NCBI GenBank assembly: GCA_963665845.2 | Contig: OY762492.1 | Span: forward strand, 480,001 to 544,000 | Source of the DNA: Candidatus Poribacteria bacterium | GTDB lineage: Bacteria > Poribacteria > WGA-4E > GCA-2687025 | Reading direction: 5' to 3' | DNA: 64,000 nt | Shown: piece after piece, positions 57,542 through 64,000 of the stretch | How positions within the stretch are numbered: position 1 is the stretch's first letter | Layout of the letters: every line of letters begins with the position of its first letter | The notes under the pieces: generated by a model | What the model was told of the DNA's origin: nothing | Seen by the model: the letters and a program-made list of their open reading frames with translations, nothing else | The model's database searches: none | Translations under genes and position numbers: made by a program

Positions 57542-58708
57542 ATGCCAAGATTTGAATGGGTCACCGCGGGCGAATCGCATGGCAAGGGTCTCACCGCTGT
57601 GGTGTCGGGCGTTCCCGCCGGGCTGCCGCTTGAGCCGAAGCATGTGAACGTCGATCTCGCGCGGCGGCAGAAAGGTTACGGACGCGGCGGGCGCATGAAG
57701 ATCGAAAGCGACGCGGTCGAGTTTTTAGCGGGCGTACGCGCCGGCTTCGCGCTCGGAAGCCCGATCTCCATGTGGATACAGAACCGTGACTGGAAAAACT
57801 GGAGCCAGATCATGTCCCCAGAACCGGACGCGGTGACGGACCGGCGCACCATGACGCGCCCGCGCCCAGGACATGCCGATCTGGTCGGCGGCTTGAAATA
57901 CAACCATAAGGATCTGCGAAACGTATTGGAACGCGCCAGCGCGCGCGAAACGGCGGCGCGCTCCGCTGTCGGCGGAATCGCGAAACGGCTGCTGGACGAG
58001 TTCAACATAAAGATTTTCTCCGCTGTCCTGCAGATCGGACCTGTGAAAGCGGATGTGGACATCAACGCCTTAGAGAGCAATGCCGAGTTTGACGACTCGC
58101 CGCTGCGCTGCCCCGACAAAGAAGCGGAGCAGAAGATGATGGAGTATATCAACCAGCGGCAGCGCAACGGCGACACATGCGGCGGCGTCGCGGCGGTGAT
58201 TGCGCGGGGCGTCCCGCCGGGCTTGGGAAGCCACACCGCCTGGGACCGCAAGATGGACGGGCGGATCGCGCAGGCGATGACCAGCATACAGGCAATTAAG
58301 GGCGTCTCCATCGGGGAAGGCATGCGCGTCGCAGGCGTCCCAGGCTCCGAGGCGCATGACGAGATTTTTTACGACAACGACCGGCGCGCTTTCTACCGAG
58401 AAACGAACCGAGCGGGCGGCTTAGAAGGCGGCGTGACAAACGGCATGCCGGTCGTCGCGCAGATCTTCATGAAGCCGATCTCGACGCTGGCGCGCCCGCT
58501 TCAATCGGTCGATATTCAGACGAAGGAGCCGTTTATCGCCCAGAAGGAGCGCACCGACTCATGCGCCGTCCCGGCGGCGGGCGTCGTCGGCGAGGCGATG
58601 ATGGCGATTGTGCTGGCGCAGGCGATGCTGGACAAATTCGGCGGGGACAGCGTCAGCGAAATGAAACGAAATGTCGACGGATACCTGGAATATGCGCGCA
58701 ACTTCTGA
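57542..58708 (+). CDS. aroC: Chorismate synthase
   Basis: TAGESHG, RPRPGHADL, ERASARETA, NRAGGLEGG, MKPISTL. Confidence 0.98.
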   Translation: MPRFEWVTAGESHGKGLTAVVSGVPAGLPLEPKHVNVDLARRQKGYGRGGRMKIESDAVEFLAGVRAGFALGSPISMWIQNRDWKNWSQIMSPEPDAVTDRRTMTRPRPGHADLVGGLKYNHKDLRNVLERASARETAARSAVGGIAKRLLDEFNIKIFSAVLQIGPVKADVDINALESNAEFDDSPLRCPDKEAEQKMMEYINQRQRNGDTCGGVAAVIARGVPPGLGSHTAWDRKMDGRIAQAMTSIQAIKGVSIGEGMRVAGVPGSEAHDEIFYDNDRRAFYRETNRAGGLEGGVTNGMPVVAQIFMKPISTLARPLQSVDIQTKEPFIAQKERTDSCAVPAAGVVGEAMMAIVLAQAMLDKFGGDSVSEMKRNVDGYLEYARNF

Positions 58709-60311
58709 ACGCAATATCGTCCTGACCGGCTTTATGGGCAGCGGGAAAACCTCCGTCGGCAAATTGATTGCTGAAAAGACGGGGCGCGCCTTTGTCGACA
58801 CGGACGATCTGATCGAACAGCGCGCCGGGAAGTCGATACCGCGCATCTTTGAAGAGGAGGGCGAAACCGCCTTTCGAGACCTTGAAACCGAGGCGGTTCA
58901 ACGGGCGGCGCGGACGCATGCGCGCGTCATCGCTACAGGCGGCGGCGCCGTCATGCGTCCGCAGAACCGAGAGGCGCTGCGCAAAACAGGCGACGTCATA
59001 TTTTTAGACGCCGAGCCGGAGATTCTTCTGCGGCGCATTCAGAACGACGGAACGCGCCCGCTTCTTCAAACGGAGAACCCGCTGGAGCGCGCGCGCGCGC
59101 TTCTCAAAGAACGGCGGCCTGTGTATCTCCAGGCGGATATGACGATACAGACGGATCGGTTGACCGAAGAAGAGGCGGCGGACGCGGTACTTGAAGCGCT
59201 GCAGACCGGGGCGCGGCGCGTTCATGTGAACCTCGGCGAACGCTCCTACGCGATTCATATCGGGCGGGGGACGCTCTCCCGCCTCCCAGAGCTGCTCGAT
59301 TTTGCCCCTAAGGGCGCGAAGATCGCCGTCTGCGCCAACGCCCATATACAGCGGCTTTACGGCGCCGCGCTTGCCGACTCCCTAAACGCCGCAGGATACG
59401 ACGCATGGACGGCAGACCTGCCGGACGGCGAGCGGCATAAAACGCTTCAAGCCGCCGCGGATCTGTATGATCAGTTTGTGGAAAACCGCATGGGGCGCGA
59501 TTCGTTCGTCGCGGCGCTCGGCGGCGGCGTCGCGGGCGATGTCGCCGGCTTCGCCGCAGCAACCTACATGCGCGGCGTTCCGCTGATTCAGATCCCCACC
59601 TCGCTCATCGCCCAGGTCGACTCCAGCGTCGGCGGCAAAACGGCGGTCGACCATCCAAAAGGCAAAAACCTGATTGGCGCGTTCCATCAGCCGAAGCTGG
59701 TCGCGATTGATGTGGACACGCTGAAGACGCTGCCGGCGCGTGAGTACGCCGCCGGGATCGCCGAGGTCATGCGTTACGGCGTCATCGCGTCCGAGGGGCT
59801 GTTTCATACGCTGGAGACGCGCATGGAGGATATTTTGCGGCGCGATGCCTTATTGATGACGGAAATTGCGGCGGAGTGCTGCGCAATCAAGGCGCGCATC
59901 GTGGAGCAGGATGAGCGCGAATCGGGTCTCCGCGCGACGCTGAACTACGGGCATACGTTTGGACACGCGCTGGAGACGGTCACCGGCTACAAGCGCTTTC
60001 TGCATGGCGAGGCGGTCGGCGTCGGCATGGTGTGCGCCGCGGAGATGTCCGCCGCGAGGGGGCTTGTCGGCAGAGAATTCTGCGACCGACACCGCGCCTT
60101 GCTGCATTCGGCGGGTCTTCCGTCGACAATGCCGAGCGGCGTTGATCCGACGGCGATGGTTGACGCCATGAAGATGGATAAAAAAGCGGTCGTTTCATCG
60201 CGGGGGGTACAGCTGCGGTTTATCATTAGCCGAAAAATAGGCTCCGCCGAGATACGCGGCGACTTCACCGAAGAGGAAGCGCGGGCTGCCATCGAGGCGG
60301 CGAAGCGATGA
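58692..60311 (+). CDS. aroB: Bifunctional shikimate kinase / 3-dehydroquinate synthase (AroK-AroB fusion)
   Basis: N-terminal GFMGSGKT, ATGGG, RPLL; C-terminal GGGVAGD, DSSVGGKT, GKNLIGAFHQP, LNYGHTFGHALE, HGEAV. Confidence 0.95.
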   Translation: MRATSERNIVLTGFMGSGKTSVGKLIAEKTGRAFVDTDDLIEQRAGKSIPRIFEEEGETAFRDLETEAVQRAARTHARVIATGGGAVMRPQNREALRKTGDVIFLDAEPEILLRRIQNDGTRPLLQTENPLERARALLKERRPVYLQADMTIQTDRLTEEEAADAVLEALQTGARRVHVNLGERSYAIHIGRGTLSRLPELLDFAPKGAKIAVCANAHIQRLYGAALADSLNAAGYDAWTADLPDGERHKTLQAAADLYDQFVENRMGRDSFVAALGGGVAGDVAGFAAATYMRGVPLIQIPTSLIAQVDSSVGGKTAVDHPKGKNLIGAFHQPKLVAIDVDTLKTLPAREYAAGIAEVMRYGVIASEGLFHTLETRMEDILRRDALLMTEIAAECCAIKARIVEQDERESGLRATLNYGHTFGHALETVTGYKRFLHGEAVGVGMVCAAEMSAARGLVGREFCDRHRALLHSAGLPSTMPSGVDPTAMVDAMKMDKKAVVSSRGVQLRFIISRKIGSAEIRGDFTEEEARAAIEAAKR

Positions 60312-60754
60312 CCCGCCTGAAACATATCCTGTTGATACATGGTCCCAATCTGCAGCTGCTCGGACAGCGGCGGACGGAGGTGTACGGGAAAACGACGTTG
60401 GAGCAGATCAACGCGCGGGCGCGAAAACAGGCGGACGAAGCGGGTTTGCGCCTCACCGCGTTTCAGTCCAACAGCGAGGGGGAGCTGGTCGACTTTATCG
60501 GGCGGCATCTGGGCAAGGCGGACGGCGCTGTCATCAACCCCGCCGCCTACACGCACACAAGCGTCGCCCTGCGGGACGCGCTGGAGGCGCTGGAGATTCC
60601 GGTCATTGAGGTTCACCTGTCGAACATCGCGGCGCGGGAGTCGTTTCGACAGCATTCGTATATCGCGCCGATTGCGGTCGGCTCCATCGCCGGCTTCGGC
60701 GCGGACAGCTATCGACTTGCATTGGACGCTATGATTCAGATACTCTGTAGTTAG
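60308..60754 (+). CDS. aroQ: Type II 3-dehydroquinate dehydratase
   Basis: HGPNL, QSNSEGEL, NPAAYTHTS, EVHLSN. Confidence 0.97.
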   Translation: MTRLKHILLIHGPNLQLLGQRRTEVYGKTTLEQINARARKQADEAGLRLTAFQSNSEGELVDFIGRHLGKADGAVINPAAYTHTSVALRDALEALEIPVIEVHLSNIAARESFRQHSYIAPIAVGSIAGFGADSYRLALDAMIQILCS

Positions 60755-60780
60755 TTGAAACGCATCAAGGAAAGGCGCAT

Positions 60781-61341
60781 ATGGCAACCACAGCAGACAT
60801 CCGAAACGGACTCGTCATTCGTCACAACGGGGAGCTTGTTCAGATCGACTCTTTTCAGCATGTGAAACCTGGGAAAGGCGGAGCGTTTATCCGCACGAAG
60901 CTGCGCCGCATATCGGACGGCTCGCCGCTTGAAAACACCTTTCGTTCGGGTCATGCCATCGACATTGTCCGCCTCAACACCAAGAAGATGAGCTACATCT
61001 ATTCGGAGGGCAATGCGCTGTATCTGATGGATATGGACACGTTTGAGCAGGTTCCGATACCGGCGTCGATGCTCCGCGAGCGGCTGCCGTACCTTAAAGA
61101 GGAGATGGAGCTGACGATTCAGTTTGACGAGGACAATACGCCTGTGACGGTGGAGCTGCCGGCTGTTGTGGAGCTGGAGGTCGTAGAGACCGGACCGAGC
61201 GACAAGGGCGACACGGCGAGCGGCGGTTCAAAGCCGGCGGTTCTTGAAAACGAGGTGAAGGCGCGGGTGCCGTTCTTCATCGCCGTCGGCAATGTTGTCA
61301 AGATCGACACGCGCACCGGCGACTATCTCGGAAGGGCATAA
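60781..61341 (+). CDS. efp: Elongation factor P
   Basis: [33 protein letters not shown]. Confidence 0.97.
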   Translation: MATTADIRNGLVIRHNGELVQIDSFQHVKPGKGGAFIRTKLRRISDGSPLENTFRSGHAIDIVRLNTKKMSYIYSEGNALYLMDMDTFEQVPIPASMLRERLPYLKEEMELTIQFDEDNTPVTVELPAVVELEVVETGPSDKGDTASGGSKPAVLENEVKARVPFFIAVGNVVKIDTRTGDYLGRA

Positions 61342-61373
61342 GGTTGCGCCGATCCACTCGTAACCCGATCAAT

Positions 61374-61835
61374 ATGGATGAGCTTGAGCGGTACGCGGAG
61401 TTCATGGAGAAGCATGACCTGTCCGAGCTGCGCATAGAGGAGGGGCGGGACAACCGCTCAATTGTGCTGCGGCGCGGGCCGGCGGAGGTTACTTACGCGG
61501 CGCCTCCCGCGGTTGCGGTCGCGCCGGCGGCGCCGGCTGCCGCGACAGAAACGCCCGAAAGCGCCGCCGCCGTCAACCAGAGCGGCGAGGGCTTAGACCT
61601 GATTAGGGCGCAGATGGTCGGAACGTTTTACCGCAGCCCCAGCCCGGATGAGCCGCCGTTCGTTGAGGCGGGCGCCAACGTGAAAGAGGGCGAGACGCTC
61701 TGCATCATCGAAGCGATGAAGTTGATGAACCTGATCGAGAGCGATTTCAACGCCGAAATTGTGGAGGTTTTGGTGGAAAACGCGGCGCCTGTGGAGTACG
61801 GGCAGCCTCTTTTCAGGGTGAAACGGCTCAACTAA
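61374..61835 (+). CDS. accB: Acetyl-CoA carboxylase biotin carboxyl carrier protein
   Basis: [18 protein letters not shown]; Ala/Pro linker. Confidence 0.96.
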   Translation: MDELERYAEFMEKHDLSELRIEEGRDNRSIVLRRGPAEVTYAAPPAVAVAPAAPAAATETPESAAAVNQSGEGLDLIRAQMVGTFYRSPSPDEPPFVEAGANVKEGETLCIIEAMKLMNLIESDFNAEIVEVLVENAAPVEYGQPLFRVKRLN

Positions 61836-61861
61836 ACGACGCGCAACACCGAGGCGGTATC

Positions 61862-63259
61862 GTGTTTAAAAAAGTGCTTGTCGCCAACCGCGGCGAAATT
61901 GCCGTTCGCATTATCCGCGCCTGCAAGGAGCTGGGGGTGAAAACGGTCGCCGTCTACTCGGAGGCGGACCGCGACTCCATGCCGACGCAGCTGGCGGACG
62001 AGGCGGTCTGCATCGGACCGCCGCATCCGTCCAAGAGCTATCTGCATATACCGGCGGTCATCTCGGCGGCGGAGGTGACGAATGCGGACGCGATACATCC
62101 TGGAGCCGGTTTTTTGGCGGAGAATTCGCAGTTTGCGGAGATCTGCGGCGAATGCCGTATCGCGTTCATCGGTCCGACGCCTCAAAACATCGAGACGATG
62201 GGTAACAAGGTGGCCGCCCGTAAAGCCGCGCAGGCGGCGGGCGTCCCGCTGGTTCCCAGCTCTTCAAAGCCCCCGCGCCGGCGCCGGCGCATGCAGCAGG
62301 AAATGCGCGAAACGGTTGAAACCGAAGAGGAGGCGTTGAGCGTCGCCCGCGAAATCGGATACCCTGTCATGATCAAGGCGGCGGCGGGCGGCGGCGGAAG
62401 AGGCATGCGCGCCGCCCACAACGACGTCAGCCTCGCCAACCTGTTTAAAACAACCAGAGCGGAAGCGGAAGCCGCCTTCGGATCCGCAGAGGTGTACTTA
62501 GAAAAACTGATCGAAAAAGCGCGCCATATCGAAGTTCAGATACTCGCCGATCATCACGGCAACATCGTTCATCTCGGCGAACGGGACTGCTCGGTTCAGC
62601 GCAAACATCAGAAACTGATTGAAGAGACCCCGTCCGCGCTGGACGTAAAACGGCGCAATGAGATCGGATATGTGGCCGCTAAAGCCTCCAAAGCGATCCA
62701 GTACCGCAGCGCCGGGACGGTCGAGTTTCTGGTGGATGAGGAGATGAACTACTACTTTTTAGAGATGAACACGCGCATTCAGGTTGAGCATACCGTGACG
62801 GAGATGACGACGGGGCTTGACCTTGTGAAGTGGCAGATGCGCATTGCGGCGGGGGAGCGGCTCGATTTTGACCAGCGGGATGTGAAGCTGCAGGGGCATG
62901 CGATTGAATGCCGCATCAACGCGGAAGACCCGGCGAACGGGTTCGCGCCTTCGCCTGGGACGATTTCGCGGTACGACCCGCCGGGCGGTCCGGGGATACG
63001 GATCGACACGCATATTTACGCCGGTTATTCGACTCCGCCGTTTTACGATTCGCTGCTGGCGAAGCTGATTGCGCACGGCGCCGACCGAAACGAAGCGATC
63101 GCGCGAATGCGCCGCGCCTTAAACGAGTTTGTAATTGAGGGCGCGCATACGACGATCCCGTTTCACCGCGCCGTCATGGAGGACGCGACCTTCTTGGCGG
63201 CGAAGGCGCACACCGGCTTTCTGGAAACCTTCAACGCGCCGATTTCATCCCTGCGCTAA
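61862..63259 (+). CDS. accC: Biotin carboxylase
   Basis: ANRGEIA, GGGGRGM, RDCSVQR, EMNTRIQVEH, YDSLLAKLI. Confidence 0.97.
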   Translation: MFKKVLVANRGEIAVRIIRACKELGVKTVAVYSEADRDSMPTQLADEAVCIGPPHPSKSYLHIPAVISAAEVTNADAIHPGAGFLAENSQFAEICGECRIAFIGPTPQNIETMGNKVAARKAAQAAGVPLVPSSSKPPRRRRRMQQEMRETVETEEEALSVAREIGYPVMIKAAAGGGGRGMRAAHNDVSLANLFKTTRAEAEAAFGSAEVYLEKLIEKARHIEVQILADHHGNIVHLGERDCSVQRKHQKLIEETPSALDVKRRNEIGYVAAKASKAIQYRSAGTVEFLVDEEMNYYFLEMNTRIQVEHTVTEMTTGLDLVKWQMRIAAGERLDFDQRDVKLQGHAIECRINAEDPANGFAPSPGTISRYDPPGGPGIRIDTHIYAGYSTPPFYDSLLAKLIAHGADRNEAIARMRRALNEFVIEGAHTTIPFHRAVMEDATFLAAKAHTGFLETFNAPISSLR

Positions 63260-63954
63260 CCGCCGCCGATCGGACCCATGAATAGCCCGATGACATGCGG
63301 GGTGAACCAGTCGTTGACCAGAAACTCCACCCGCTGAATCAGCAGCGTGACGCGGTTCATGACCGTGTTGCCGAAGGCGGAGCCGAAACAGATCATCAGA
63401 AACCAGATGCCGAGGCGCGAGACGGAGCCGACGCCGCCCTTATGTTCAATAGAAAAGAAAAAGTAGGTGAGCGCCGCGAGCGTCCCGACTAGAACGATGG
63501 TGAGGTTCACCATCGGCCAAAACTCCTTCGCGCCCTCTTTGCTATACGGCGCGATGGTCGCGTACATCTGCTGAAAGATTTGGGAGCCGAGGATTAAAGG
63601 TATGGCGATGCCCGCGGCGGCGCCGAACAGGAACGCGAGCGGCAGACGGGTGAGCCATCCTTTCCCCGCCCAGAAACGCGCGAAAAACAGCAGCCCAATC
63701 AGAAACGGTATCAGAACGACAAACTCGATCCGCGCAGCAGGCTCGCCGTCAACGCCGACTGTCGCCCGTTGAAGCGGAACGATCCCATAGGGCCAAAGCC
63801 CGTTGAAGTAGCTGTAGACGATCCAGTAACCCTGGGACATGCCGACGAACAGATGCTCGGCGAATTTATAAAACGGGTTGTCCTTGTAAAGAAAGCTGTA
63901 GAGGCAGAGCGTCAAAAATGCGGCGATCCAGACGCCGATGGTTTCCCAGTTCAC
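63256..63954 (-). CDS. Conserved hypothetical multi-pass membrane protein
   Basis: YSFLYKDNPFYKFAEH, TYFFFS, G.WFLMICFGSAFGNTVM.R; about 6 TMs. Confidence 0.8.
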   Translation of the reverse strand: MNWETIGVWIAAFLTLCLYSFLYKDNPFYKFAEHLFVGMSQGYWIVYSYFNGLWPYGIVPLQRATVGVDGEPAARIEFVVLIPFLIGLLFFARFWAGKGWLTRLPLAFLFGAAAGIAIPLILGSQIFQQMYATIAPYSKEGAKEFWPMVNLTIVLVGTLAALTYFFFSIEHKGGVGSVSRLGIWFLMICFGSAFGNTVMNRVTLLIQRVEFLVNDWFTPHVIGLFMGPIGGG

Positions 63955-64000
63955 GAGCCGTCCCTTTCGTCGAGTCGGCGCATCATATAGAGCGCGTTTC

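Noticed and set aside
58692-60311. AroK-AroB fusion as a novelty
   Set aside because: This fusion is known from several bacterial lineages

Overview
GC-rich bacterial chromosomal segment of a diderm, most likely Candidatus Poribacteria or a relative. This assignment is an inference from three exported proteins ending in VDPxxKxAxxWAxLK, a WD40 protein with a QWxL...ARLGxG start, and PhyH, sulfatase-fold and Gfo/Idh/MocA genes. Housekeeping blocks: lpxL-lptC-lptA-lptB-rpoN-hpf, rpsB-tsf-frr, leuCD, aroC-aroKB-aroQ-efp-accBC, truD, dusB, anmK and three tRNAs (CAT, Glu-TTC, Sec). Intergenic DNA is dense with modular palindromic repeats: a CGTC-type REP (CGTCATTCCCGCGNAAGCGGGAATC), a CCCCCTTGAAAAGGGGG hairpin family and a ~170-bp TIR-bounded MITE that carries the REP. 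The main finding is two diverged IS110-family elements (45988-47537 minus, 54423-55968 plus), each inserted at the same base of the REP. Each left end encodes a readable bridge RNA with four guide segments matching the REP target and the element's own circle junction, and circularisation would rebuild a TTGACT-17bp-TATGAT promoter. Related oddities: a TT (target) versus CT (donor) core mismatch, an acidic C-terminal tail on the recombinase, an orphan REP/TGTATG junction fused to a TolB-like gene fragment (possible off-donor recombination scar), and flank pairing suggesting the 6.9 kb between the two IS copies was inverted. All calls come from reading the sequence; no searches were run.
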